Assembly: GCF_964194025.1 (NCBI RefSeq)
Contig: NC_134469.1
Coordinates: forward strand, 51,460,001 to 51,524,000
DNA length: 64,000 nt
Reading direction: 5' to 3'
From: Convolutriloba macropyga
Lineage: Eukaryota
The notes beneath the pieces were generated by a model. It had not been told where the DNA came from and made no database searches. It saw only the letters and a list, made by a program, of their open reading frames with translations. Position 1 is the stretch's first letter, and every line of letters starts with the position of its first letter. The translations under genes and the position numbers were made by a program. Below, in pieces: positions 1-13,230 of the stretch.

Positions 1-468
1 GGTCGAGGTTTCAACGCTAAAAATTGCTAAATTAACTGTAGTTATTTTGTGATATTGTAGTATTACAAAATCAGAGATAATACCAGAATTATTATTGACA
101 AAAAAAAAGATTTTTAGTGCAACTTCGCAAAAAAAAATTGGTCCAATTTTGCAAGTTTTTAGTCACCGCGCATCGAAAAAGTCGTTAACGGACAAAAAAT
201 TAAATTCATAAGTAAATGAACAGAAATGGTTGGACCTATTAAACTAGCGCCCTTTTACTGGCCATATTTCCAGTCTTTCGCAGGGGAGGAAGACATTGAC
301 TTTTCTGCAAAATTAGATAATTGTTCGAAACGTATCTCCATACAGAAAAGCCTCTTCACCAATTCAATAAAGCAGCTTGGTCGGGGATACAGTGATAAAC
401 AAGATGCCATTTTTTTGCATCCTGTATAATAGTTATACAAAATTTCTTTTCAAAAGAATTCAAATTCC

Positions 469-2676
469 AACAAGGAAGATCGGTAATATGTGCTTGCACA
501 TAATGTTCGCAACCCGCTCAACCAAGTTTTGGTGTATCCATTCAAAAAATCGCTTTGAGTTCTAACCAATATACAAATGAAACAATAACTCATTACAGAG
601 CCGATGATAAATGACATCAAGGAGAGTAAGAGACAAAACATGAAAAAAAATCAAAAACAACAAGCATTATTTACGACCCAAACTCAATGCCTATCAATTA
701 TTTTTTGGAAAAACTGAAAGAAAAAGTCAAAATAGCATCAGATAAAAAGAAAGCTAATCCAAATGACCCGAATTTCTGCAGAAAGATATGGGACCCGTCT
801 TTATTGAGAATAATCAACCAGTAGACAGAAATTAAAACGGGCGATATTAGAAAATACGTTTACACTTATTGAAAACAATCAAATTCAAAAATATGAAAGC
901 AATTGTTTGTCAACTAAAGCCTTTGATTGGTTTCTTTTATAACCTCATACTTTGAATGTAGAGCTGTCTTTATTATTCAGAATGTATTACTATTACAAAA
1001 AGAGCATATACGCACAGAAATCGAAAAGTCAATTTAATTATGCAAGAAAATGGTGTCCAAGCCTATAAGATCAAAATCCATTCACTTAAAACTTTGAATA
1101 TAATCAATTGCGCCTTATTTCAGCAATTTTAATGTGAAATGAAACTTTTCATTAAAGTGCCATTAATTTGATGATCGGACAAGACGACAAAAAATCTCAT
1201 AAAGTGGAAACTGTCATAAAAATATCTAAGAAAACCCGTAGTTTCAACAAAAGGACATTATTTAAATAAAAACAGCAATGAATTCATGAGTAAGATTCAC
1301 TTGAAATGCAATTTTTTTCTTTACAGAGACTACGATGGAAAATTGCAGAAATATGATTTCAATTCGCAAATATCAAATTAAACTCATTTTTTTAAATACA
1401 AGTTTTATTAAAAGCGTAAAGCATAACAACCTCAGGCTTTGATTTTTAAAAAGGTAAATGGTTTAAATTTTTACTGGTAGAAAGCCAATTGTGTATTTAA
1501 TTACTGGGATTAAACCAAAAGACTACACATTAACACTGAACACAGACAAAACTCAAAAATTCACGATCAATTTTCAGCAAATAGTGTTGAAGCAAAAAAC
1601 CATATGCTGAGCGTCGAAAAAAAAGTTTGTACATCGGCTTCTTCTTTTACGTAAGTTTGAACTGTTGAACTTCCGAAAATTGAGTTTTGATTTGGAATCA
1701 TTCTGGTCTGCAACTAACATAAAAAACAAAAATGCAAAAGTCTTTGAAGAAAATATACAAAGGGCCTCAGTTCAAGTCAATTTTCTTTTGAATTCTAAGA
1801 GTCCCACAACTAGATCAGAAGAAATCGTGTTCTTGCTGCTTCTCCATTACAACAAAAAGGTCTCAAATGTTACCGAATTAGCTAATTTGACCAAAAACTT
1901 ATTATAACAAAAGCAAATGATGAATTTTGGATATATGTTGAGTTAAATTACCAAAAAACCCTTGTGTGTCAACTAAAATCATAAGAGAGTAGAGAATTTT
2001 TAAATACCTCGTTACAAACTCAATTAGTATTTTGATTAATTATACCTGGTCATAAGACTACAATAAGAACATCAAATGCTGGCAAAAATTAAGATAAAAA
2101 GAAAATTTATGAAAACAGTTTGTCGGAGCCATGAAAACCATCAGCTTTACTCATAAAACACAATTGTTTCATAAGACCATATTGCAACATAAAGTTGAAT
2201 CTTCAGATGGAATTGTCTGTTTTTCAACTGAGATGAATAAAATGCAAAAAACGCAAACATAACAGGCCCAAATTAAATCAGAATCCTTTTTATTGCAAAA
2301 ACCATTGATGAGACCAAAACTGGCAATGCTATCGCTGCGCAGCTGCTTAAAAAACTCAGTCGTTTTAAACAATTGCAAAAAAAAACAAAACAAAATTACT
2401 CAGAAAAAAGTTTACCATGAAAAAATTAACCATGAAAAATGCAAAGAATGTGCATCAATTATGGCACGAGTAAACGGATCTCCTATATTGAACCGAAGTG
2501 TTACAAGCTTATTTTTGTGTTAAAGTGCTATGCTCATGGCTAGTTGTCCCAAAAAATTGAAACAAAAACGGACCAGCGTTGCTTACTTTTTGTAGTTTGT
2601 TATCTTGGATCTATTTTCAGCTTCTTAAGCCTTACATTTGCAGTATGTGACATTTTGCTCACAAATTGATAGAAAA
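469..2676 (-). mobile_element. Partial copy of non-autonomous Helentron/DINE-1-like family A, interrupted by the Gypsy element
   Basis: 469-520 (AACAAGGAAGATCGGTAATATGTGCTTGCACATAATGTTCGCAACCCGCTCA) matches the reverse complement of the element end at 36560-36612 and has a perfect hairpin TATGTGC-TT-GCACATA. Internal blocks at ~780-880 and ~2560-2620 resemble ~20180-20280 and ~21250-21310. Confidence 0.6.
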
Positions 2677-3180
2677 TTTGGTATAGATGGACATTTCGTG
2701 GTATCACTTTGCGGTGCTAAATTCAATATTTTTATTTATTTCTTATTCAGCTCATTTTCTAGTCCAATTCCATTGTTAAACTTATTCACTTCAAATTTGA
2801 AGATCAAATCTCGTCGTTCATACTTTTTTCAATTTATCTACTTAATGTTCTGATATATTGTCTGTTCATGTTGTCTACCAAACTGTTTTGCCGCCAATTT
2901 CCTTTTTAGTTGTAATTGTTGCTCACAAACTGATAGAAAATTTGTTATAGATGAACATTTCGTGCATGATCAAATTGATGATCAAACCTTTAGTTAAACT
3001 CTGATATACATTCTTCTTAAATCTAATACATTTGTCAGTTGAATCTCTTCTATCCGCAATTCGCTCTGCAAAACGCTCAGACTAAAAGAGCTACATTAAA
3101 TTGATATTCGCTAAGCGAATCACTAGACTAACAGTAAAAGCTGTTTTGGCAGAGCGAATACCATTGAAAACTTGTCAGCG

Positions 3181-3217
<37 letters not shown>

Positions 3218-3515
3218 AATTCCTCTGGATAACAAAATAAACAATAAAATTTTATATCAAAATAGATCAACAAAGTTCGATAAATCGAATTTTTTTAAAA
3301 GTATCTTGGAGTGAGTAAGTTTTGTTTGTACCCAGAGAGGACCGCGAACGGATCCAGCAGGATCACACTAGCGCAGCCCTTAAAAAGTATTAATTCATCC
3401 AATAAAGATAAGTGTGATTTCGCGTCGTGAATACACAAGAAAATTGGAACAAATAGTTTTCGCAATTCGACCAGCAAATCAACTAGATAATAGAGAATAC
3501 GATTTCTGTACGACA
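2677..3515 (+). repeat. Gypsy 5' LTR, with two insertions relative to the 3' LTR
   Basis: Starts TTTGGTATAGATG (3' LTR: TGTGGTATAGATG) and ends GATTTCTGTACGACA as the 3' LTR does; many substitutions between the two LTRs. Confidence 0.9.
3184..3215. repeat. (AG)n microsatellite
   Basis: Directly visible; it forms one end of a ~200 bp block absent from the 3' LTR. Confidence 0.98.
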
Positions 3516-3527
3516 TGACGCAGTCAG
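3516..3527 (+). promoter_or_regulatory. Degenerate primer-binding site, tRNA-Ser-like
   Basis: TGACGCAGTCAG immediately follows the LTR-terminal CA and is two transitions from TGGCGCAGTCGG, the complement of a tRNA-Ser 3' end. Confidence 0.6.
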
Positions 3528-6500
3528 TCCGCGAATCTTGCAAGACTTCACTCTCAATAGAACCCTTTTGGGAACGAGCTACATCTGACCCACCGATACG
3601 ATGGGAAAAATGGCGATTTCAGGTGAAGTTAGCAATTCTCGCAAGAGAAAACATAACGTTAGATATTTTGCCTCAAACAAAGCCGACTCACGTTAGATTG
3701 CCACACGGACCAAAGTACGAAATGACTATTGAGGACGCAACCGAACATACAGTGCGAGCGAGATCGTCGTCAAATTCGTAATAATCAGTTGAAACTTCGA
3801 TGAGAACTAAAATGTCACCGCGGACACTATGTGACTAGAAGTGTGTCTCCTTTCTCTAGGTCAGCATCGGAACTGAACGACGTCGTCTCTTGACGTAGAA
3901 AATTCCACACGCCAAAACTTACGATCTTTGAACTCTGAAACTCTGGGAAATTATTGAATTAACCTTCATTCAGCCTAGAAATATCACTTTTAATCGCTCT
4001 GTCTTTTGCTCACGAAAAGAACAGAAGGATGAAAGGGTGGTGCAATTCTATATTGTACTCAAGGAGCTGGCAGAGAACAGTGACTTCGAAAACCGGTAGG
4101 AGGTAACCATTCGGGACATTTTCATCACCAACATGCTTGATGATGACATACAACGCGAACTTCTAAGAGGCACAGTGGAACCCAAATTGGCTCTAAACAT
4201 TGCTGTCAACATGGAGATCGGCCACCAAAATCAGCAAAGAATCTCGTCCAACTATAACAATAGCAACCGAGTGTAATACAACATTTCTATCAATTTCGTG
4301 GCGCGAAAGCTGGAGTGAACCAGTCAAACAGAAATGCATTCAATCGCAAATCAACCGGCCTAAATAGAGGTTGTGGACAAAATTGGAAACGAATGCGTCG
4401 CCAGCTTTGCCCTGCATTGGGTAAGAAATGTGATCATTGTGGTCTGCTCAATCATTTTGCAGAGTTATGTCGGAGAAAACAGAACATTTCTAAAAATTCT
4501 CAACAAAGTAAACGCAACAATAATGTCAAAAATTCAAAGACCAGAGAACAATCAGAAAAACAAAATGTGAATTTCAAACACCACAATGAACAGTATAATT
4601 CTGAATACGATTGGTCAGACGACAATTGTGTTGCAATGATAGAACATATTAATCCCACTCCAATCGGTCTGCAAAACATGACAATAACAATTGGCAAAAA
4701 AGACTGTCATTTTCTCCTCGATTCTGGCTTTGGGTGTACTATAATAAATATTTCAATTTCCGAGCAAATAAGGTTTAACTGCTTTCAAGCACAGTGGTCA
4801 GAGAAAAAACAACTCAAACTTAAATCTTTCTCAAATGATATTGTGGAAACGTTAGAACCTTTGAAAAAGTCAGTAATTTGTAACGATTGGAAAATACCAA
4901 ACTCGAAAATAACAGTATTTGCTGAGGGTTTTCGATCCCTCTTAGGACGAGATTTGTTCGATCAGCTTGGAACAACAATTTAAAAAAGCCTTGTCCAAAA
5001 ACTGAAGTAAATGCAATTGAAACACCTTGTGTGTTAAAACAATCACTTGCAAAAAAATTTCCAGACTTAATGTCGAGAATTTAAAAAATCTAAACACCAC
5101 ACAGTCAACTCTAAATTTCACAAAAATTATTGTGTAATTATTCAAAAGGGAAGAAAAGCACCAATTCATTTTCAACCGAACGTAAAAATTGAATTTAAAA
5201 AATTTCTAAGAAAAGGACATATTGAAAAATTATCCAACTGTTCTGATCCATTTTTTATCTCCCCTATTGTCATTACTGTCAAGAAAGATCACTCAATCAA
5301 AATAGCTTTGGATTTTAAAATTCTAAATAAAGCGATTCACAAGAACAAATACCAAATGCACAAAATATACTTACTAATTCAAACTATTTCTCAAACACTG
5401 TAAAACGCACCGCAAAAGACGGCTTATTTTGCAACATTATATTTGCAATACGCATACAGTAAATTTAATCTTCACGCTGATCTGGACCGCCATTGCAATA
5501 TCAATATAGTCAGCGGCGAAATGACAGGCACTTATCGTTTCAAAACAGGCTTCTATGAGTTGACTGATATGCCGACCGATTTTCAGAAAGTTCTAGATTG
5601 TATGATAACCGGTCTGAATAATACATTTTGCTTTCTGGACGATATATTATTAGTGAGTAGAGGCCGAATCGAAGATCATTCAGATCTTGTGAGAAAATGT
5701 TTAATTAAACTCGATCAAAGAAATCATCGCATCAATTTGGCTAAATGACCTTTCACAAAACATCAAATTGAATGGCCCGGTCAACGTATCACGCCGTCAG
5801 GAATTACTCCATTATCAAATACAACCGATTCAATTCAAAAACTGACATCACTATCAAACTTAAAAAAAGTTGCGACCTTTTATGGGATCTGTTCAACACT
5901 TAGGTAAATTTATACCTAATTTGTCTCAATTTTGCCACTCACTTCAACCATTATTGAAGAAAAATAATAAAATTGTTTGGACCGATGAGCATGAACATCA
6001 TTTTATTACAATTAAAGAGAAAATTGCAGAAGCAACAGAAAAAGAAGCATTTTAATCCAGACATTGAAACAAGGATTAAATGTGACGCATCTCAAAAACG
6101 TTTAGGTTGCGCACAAGAGCAACAAACTCCAGATGGCTGGCATAGAGTGGAATTCGCCTCGTGTTTCTTGAGTTACGTCGGAGACAGTTATAATATAAAT
6201 GAACTCGAGCTATTGGGAGTAGTCTGGTCTATTGAACATTTTAAATATTATCTCTACGGTAAACCTTTTACTTTCGTAACGAATCATAGAGCATTATTGT
6301 CCATAATGGGAGAGAATAGAGCCAAAAAATCCTATATTAGTCGTTTTACACGATTAGTTGATCGACTATTACCTTTTGACTTTTGGATCGATCATCTTCT
6401 TGGTTAGAAAATGAGTTCAGAAGATTATAATTCAAGTGATCCACAGCAAAAAGCTGTCAATATCTCACCTTACGGCAAACTTTTTTTGTTGCTAAATTAG

Positions 6501-7270
6501 ACGCTACTAAACGCAGCGCGAAACGCTTTTTGCCGAATAGGGAAAATTATACTGATTTCGCGGCGCGAAATCCACTTATAAAATCGGGGCAAATAATTTA
6601 AATTCCAGCTACAAATTATGCAGTGAATTTGCACCGCGAAATCGCGAATATTCGGAAATTTCAAATAATGACAACATTGTTAGCAAATTAACACCAAATT
6701 GCTGTCATTCTTCTACCATAAACGAGACAACCCACATTGCAAACTGGCTTCTAGCCCTTAATCACTCTACAGATCAGTTGAACAAAATTTCCTCGAATTT
6801 TAAGCAAATTGCTAACTCCTTCCAAACTTTATTATTGATGTCACAATCAGATGAGCAACAGCTATCCCAAATCAAACAATCAACATCGTCGAAAGTTAGC
6901 TTTGCTGATGAAGTCAGACCATGAACAGCACCATCCGCGCCTGTAACACCCTCAACACTGTGATCAGACACCAATAATGTAACAACGCCATCCAGTGACA
7001 ACTTGTACCCACATGAATTCAACTTTGCACTCTCGAGGATATTTTCGAGCACCCTCATAGCCAGTGTTACGTCGAAATATGCCATACTTATAGAGTTGAG
7101 GGATTGTGTCAATACCGGGAACGAGGATCGCTGCAGCCAAATAAGTCCATACATCCACAGCTACTGGAAAGACTTGCATGTGAAGATTGGCTGTGTTTGT
7201 GTGGACGATCGAATCCCGATTCCCAACTCCATCAAGAATGCGTATGTGAAAGTCATTCACGCCACCCATC

Positions 7271-10200
7271 AAGGGAGTTGGAGGACGACAGGCATGGCGC
7301 TGCACGCATTATGGCCGTTCATGCATCGGGATCTACTCTCCACGACGGCCAAGTGTAATCCATGTGTCAAGATTGCAAAAAATTTCAGTTCTATCTTACC
7401 TTCTAGTATATGGGCACCACTAAAATTATGTAAAGTACCCAATGAAGAAATTCAAATGGATTTCGGTGTACAAATCTATACTGAAAAAAAATCAAGAAGT
7501 TTATTTCCTTGCATGTATAGACCGTTTCTCTAAATTTCCAACAGCAGAAGTATTTGACAGATTAAATGCCTAAAACATTTTGAAATTTCTTAAAGACTAT
7601 GTATTATTGCATGGGATTCCTCGGACGTTAAGATTAGATCGAGCACAATGTCAAATCAGTCAGCAAAGAAAGCTTTTTTTAATCAAAATAGTATACAAAT
7701 ATTTGACGAGAAGTGATGTTGAATTTGGAAAACAGCAGGACAAAATCAGTAGAGATGTTAGAAGACGTTGCAACAAGGATCCAGATAAAGAGCCCCGCAC
7801 AATGTCACACCCAATTGTTGGATTGCCAGTGCCAAAAACAGAGGCATCCTTGACACTCAAACTGCCCAAAAAGAAGCCCAAATCAAAGAGATCCCAGAAG
7901 AGTTTAGACGGGTTGTATGAAGTAATGGCTCCAGGGTCATCTGTCATCAAACCAAAAATTCGAAAGGGGGAAAACCACAGACGAAATAATCAATAGACAT
8001 GGGGAAAATCGAAGGCGACAAGAAAAAGCACAGACGCATCAACGACGATACAATTTGTGTCTCGTCTATTCATTCCAATGTGTCAAGAGCACTGCGAGTG
8101 AGATTACCCACCAAACTGAAAAAGATAGCTGTACCGGGCCGCCAAAACCACCATCCGAAACAACTACTGATTTCGCGCTGCCGATGACGCTTTCACAAAC
8201 TTCAATTGTAATCGCCGAACCACCACCTCGGCCCAAACGCAAGTCAGATATGAGAGCTACAACGACTACTCAACCATCACAAAAACGGAGAAGATCATCG
8301 CCATCGATAACCGAATCAGATGAATCTATGGCATCTACTCAAACTTGCTCCCCCAAATTTGTCGGAAAACAGCGCACCATCACGACAAAAGAGACGCCAG
8401 ATGCTGAAAGAACAGTAAATAAAAAACAAATCCATAATTTCTACAATCAAAAATACCGCTGCTCGTAAGGGAGTTGGGGGACGACAAGCATGGCGGTGAA
8501 CGCATAATGGCCGTTCATGCATCGGGATCTACTCTCCACGACGGCCAAGTTCTATCATACCTTCTAGTATATGGGCACCACTAAAATTTTGTAAAGTACC
8601 CAGTGAAGAAATTCAAATAGATTTCGGTGGACGAATCTATATTGAAAAAAATCAAGAAGTTTATTTCCTTGCATGTATAGACCGTTTCTCTAAATTTCCA
8701 ATAGCAGAAGTATTTGACAGATTAAATGCCTAAAACATTTTGAAATTTCTTAAAGACTGTGTATTATTGCATGGGATTCCTCGTACGTTAAGATTAGATC
8801 GAGCACAATGTCAAATCGGTCAGCAAAGAAAGCTTTTTTTATCAAAATAATATACAAATAATTGACGAGAAGTGATGTTGAATTTGGAAAACAGCAGGAC
8901 AAAATCAGTAGAGATGTTAGAAAACGTTGCAACAAGGATCCAGATAAAGAGCCCCGCACAATGTCACACCCAATTGTTGGATTGCCAGTGCCAAAAACAG
9001 AGGCATCCTTGACACTCAAACTGCCCAAAAAGAAGCCCAAATCGAAGAGATCCCAGAAGAGTTTAGACGGGTTGTATGAAGTAATGGCACCAGGGTCATC
9101 TGTCATCAAGTCCAATGATCATACTTCCATAATCAAATAGCCAGGCGAAAGAAAAGTCACCATTAGGAATTCGGATTCTGCAAAATTGGGCACCAAAACC
9201 GAAAGACAAACAGACCTGAAACATTACGCGGAGCGCAGACCAAAAATTCGAAGAGGGAAAACCACAGAGGAAATAATCAATAGACATGCGGAAAATCTAA
9301 GGCGACAAGAAAAAGCACAGACGCATCAACGACGATACAAGTTGTGTCTCGTCTATTCATTCCAATGTGTCAAGAGCACTGCGAGTGAGGTTGCCCACCA
9401 AACTAAAAAAGATAGCTGTACCGGGCCGCCAAAACCACCATCCGAAACAACTACTGATTTCGCGCTGCCGATGACGCTTCCACAAACTTCAATTGTAATC
9501 GCCGAACCACGACCTAGGCCCAAACGCAAGTCAGATATGAGAGCTACAACGACTACTCAACCATCACAAAAACGGAGAAGATCATCGCCATCGATAACCG
9601 AATCAGATGAATCTATGGCATCTACTCAAACTTGCTCCCCCAAATCTGTCGGCAAACAGCGCACCATCACGACAGAAGAGACGCCAGGTGATGACAGAAC
9701 AGTAAAAAAAGAACAAATCCATAATTTCTACAATCAAAAATACCGCTGCTTGTAATGGAGTTGGGGGACGACAAGCATGGCGGTGCACGCATTATGGCCG
9801 TTAATGCATCGGGATCCACTCTCCACGACGGCCAAGTTCTATCATACCTTCTAGTATAAGGGCACCACTAAAATTATGTAAATTACCCAGTGAAGAAATT
9901 CAAATAGATTTCGGTGGACGAATCTGTATTGAAAAAAATCAAGAAGTTTATTTTTTTGCATGTATAGACCGTTTCTCTAAATTTCCAACAGCAGAAGTAT
10001 TTGACAGATTAAATGCCTAAAACATGTTGAAATTTCTTAAAGACTATTTATTATTGCATGGGATTCCTCGTACGATAAGATTAGATCGAGCACAATGTCA
10101 AATCGGTCAGCAAACAAAGCTTTTTTTAATCAAAATAATATATAAATAATTAGAGCTCCAATACACGATCACAGAGCGATTGTCTTAGTTGAGAGGCTAA

Positions 10201-11385
10201 TACAAGCTTTCAAGAGTCGTTTAGCTTGTATTAAAATTTCGGCAAAAAACAACTTTAGTTTGAAAGTGTCAATAAATTCAGTTATTTGTCAACTCTGTTT
10301 ATGCAGTCAAAAGACAATCAATCTTTAACCATTTGAGGCGCATTTTGGACGAAAGGCCAACACACCTTTCAGAAATATTTCAACTGAACCTAATCCCAAT
10401 ACTTTAATTAGTAAACCAATATTAAATAAATAATAAGACCTGGAGACAGTCCGCTAGGACGAACTAATATCAGACGAGCAATGGGATGAGGAGACGAGAA
10501 GTGATGTTGAATTTGGAAAACAGCAGGACAAAATCAGTAGAGATGTTAGAAAAGGTTGCAAAAAGGATCCAGATAAAGAGCCCCGCACAATGTCACACCC
10601 AATTGTTGGATTGCCAGTGCCAAGAACAGAGGCATCCTTGACACTCAAACTGCCCAAAAAGAAGCCCAAATCAAAAAGATCCCAGAAGAGTTTAGACGGG
10701 TTGTATGAAGTAATGGCTCCAGGGTCATCTGTCATCAAACCCAATGATCATACTTCCATAATCAAATAGTCAGGCGAAAGAAAAGTCACCATTAGGAATT
10801 CGGATCTTGCAAAATTCGGCACCAAAACCGAAAGACAAACAGACCTGAAACATTACGCGGAGCGCGGACCAAAAACTCGAAAGGGGGAAAACCACAGACG
10901 AAATAATCAATAGACATGCGGAAAATCAAAAGCGACAAGAAAAAGCACAGACGCATCAACGACGATACAAGTTCTGTCTCGTCTATTCATTCCAATGTGT
11001 CAAGAGCACTGCGAGTGAGATTTCCCACCAAACCGAAAGAGATAGCTGTACCGGGCCGCCAAAACCACCATCCGAAACAACTACTGATTTCGCGCTGCCG
11101 ATGACGCTTTCACAAACTTCAATTGTAATCGCCGAACCACCACCTCGGCCCAAACGCAAGTCAGATATGAGAGCTACAACGACTGCTCAACCATCACAAA
11201 AACGGAGAAGATCATCGCCATCGATAACCGAATCAGATGAATCTATGGCATCTACTCAAGCTTGCTCCCCCAAATCTGTCGGCAAACAGCGCACCATCAC
11301 GACAGAACAGACGCCAGATGCTGAAAGAACAGCAAATAAAGAACAAATCCATAATCTCCACAATCAAAAATACCGTTGCTCGTAA
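7271..11385 (+). repeat. Three-unit tandem amplification of the integrase/3' region (units start ~7271, ~8467, ~9754)
   Basis: Each unit begins A(A/T)GGAGTTGG(A/G)GGACGACA and ends TACCG(C/T)TGCT(C/T)GTAA; the ORF track repeats the same peptides three times. Confidence 0.95.
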
Positions 11386-11639
11386 TTAAGATACATAACA
11401 ATCAAATTTTCAAGTGGGATCGTGTTCACCTAATTAGCCGCACCCGACTCAATATTATATCGCCCTCCATTATGAAGGGCCAGAAAACAGCATGACGGTT
11501 CGTGAGGCGGAATACGCTTCTGATTCCGATTCAGATTGAACATAAACTCATCACAAAACACTATTGTTTCATTATATTAACCAGTACATATTCTATTAAT
11601 CTTTTGTTATAAAGAAAATTTCGTCTTGTTTATTTTACT

Positions 11640-11649
11640 GCGGGGGAAA
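11640..11649 (+). promoter_or_regulatory. Polypurine tract of the Gypsy element
   Basis: GCGGGGGAAA directly precedes the TG of the 3' LTR. Confidence 0.8.
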
Positions 11650-12243
11650 TGTGGTATAGATGAGCATTTCATGGTATAATTTTGCGGCGTTAAAATCATC
11701 AATCTTATTTAATTTTAGTTTAGTTCATTTTCTAGTTCAATACCATTGTTAAATTTATTCACTTCCAATTTGAAGATCAAATCTTGTCGTTCATGCTTTT
11801 TTAAATTTGTTTACCTACTGTTGTGATATAGTGTCTGTTCATGTTGTCTATCAAACTGTTCTGCCGCCAATTTCCATTTTAGTTGTAGTTGTTGCATGAT
11901 CAAATTGATGATCAAATTTTTAATTAAACTCTGATATTCATTCATGCTAAATCTGATACAGTTTTCAGTTGAATCTCTCCTATCCAAATTGCGCTCCGCA
12001 AAACGCTCAGACTAAAAGAGCTACATTAAATTGACATTCGCTAAGTGAATCAGTTGACTAAAAGTAAAACCTGTATTAGCAGAGCGAATACCATTGAAAA
12101 CTTGTCAGCGAATAGAATTAATCCATCCAATAAAGATAAGTGTGAATTCGCGTCGCGATTACACAAGAAAATTGGAACAACAAATTTTGGCAATTCGCCT
12201 AGCAAGTCAACTAGATAATAGAGAACACGATTTCTGTACGACA
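11650..12243 (+). repeat. Gypsy 3' LTR (594 bp, TG...CA)
   Basis: TGTGGTATAG...CTGTACGACA, followed by TSD GAAAA. Confidence 0.93.
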
Positions 12244-13230
12244 GAAAAGACAAAATTCAGTTACAGTTTTTCTTATGGCTATACGTGTGTTTTGAGTTAC
12301 TGTTAAACTTTGTTCCTCTTTATTTATAATATTTTTGTACCTCTTTTTTAGGGAACCAAACAAAATATAATTGACGGATTATTGAACTGTGGAGCCAGCT
12401 CTGATTAACAAGCGTACTGGTTTCATAAGTTTTTGTTGTTCTTTGTCATGCATATTTATTTCAGCTTCTTTAACCTACAATTAAAAGGTTAACTTTCATC
12501 GTTCTTCACTGTGCACACAAAGATTGGAAAGACCGAAACCACTAATATACTTGTGCCCACTGCAATGCCCACTGTTTTGAGTTATTATTAAAAAGTAATA
12601 TACTTGTGTCTCATTTCAATTGGTTGCGCGAGGCCCAATGCTCTGGGTGCTAAACCCGCGTGAGTTACTGCAGCAGCTGAACTGGACAATTACGAGGCAA
12701 ATGGTCTTTGAGTGTAAGTTTCTAGTCTCTGCAATTCATGGTTGTATATAGTTCTTATGCTCATGAGTTCACTTTTATATAAATCGCAAAAAAATTATCG
12801 ATATGATTCAAACATCTTTGTTCTTGGCATCAAAAAAAGGTATATAGCATTGACGTAATTTTGCTTCATTTAATGCTACGTGTCATTGAGTTGTTCTTGT
12901 GGTGGATAAATTTTGTGGCAGCTTCTCTATTTTACAAAAAGATCTCTCTTCTGTCATGTCTTTACAATCTGCTCTTATGGCCCTTCTAGTTGCCAATTGT
13001 TATCAAATTCTCCAAAGTTTAAACTGTTCCCATTACACTCTCTCAAGTATTTCATTACGACTGTAAGCCATATAATGCTATATTATATTAAAGGTTAAAT
13101 TAAAAACTTGAGAAAGATGGACAGCAGTCCTGTTTCCCGGTTTTCTATATTATTGAGTCCAATAATGTTATTAGCTTTCTATAGAGTATTCCATAAGTAT
13201 GAGCAACATCCCCCCCCCTCCCCCCTCGGC

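Larger units (their letters stand above)
3515..11385 (+). pseudogene. Fragmented Gypsy gag-pol
   Basis: Gag N-terminus IEPFWE..DPPIRWEKW (3515-3781); knuckles and protease LLDSG (4315-4983); RT FCFLDDILL (5443-5748); RNase H CDASQKRLG..ELELLGVVWSIEHFKYYLYGKPF..TNH (5973-6407); integrase HHCC (HATHQG..CNPC) and core (7003-7680). Many stops and frameshifts. Confidence 0.92.
2677..12243 (+). mobile_element. Decayed Ty3/Gypsy LTR retrotransposon, Mag-like, with both LTRs
   Basis: Paired LTRs at 2677-3515 and 11650-12243; 5-bp TSD GAAAA at 2672-2676 and 12244-12248; PBS and PPT present; domain order Gag-PR-RT-RH-IN; remnants of two CCHC knuckles (CGQNW...LCPALGKKCDHCGLLNHFAELC). Confidence 0.93.

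Noticed and set aside
8055-9755. S/T/P-rich ORFs after integrase as an env-like third ORF
   Set aside because: No signal peptide or transmembrane segment is evident, and the frames differ among the three copies, consistent with a decayed pol tail.
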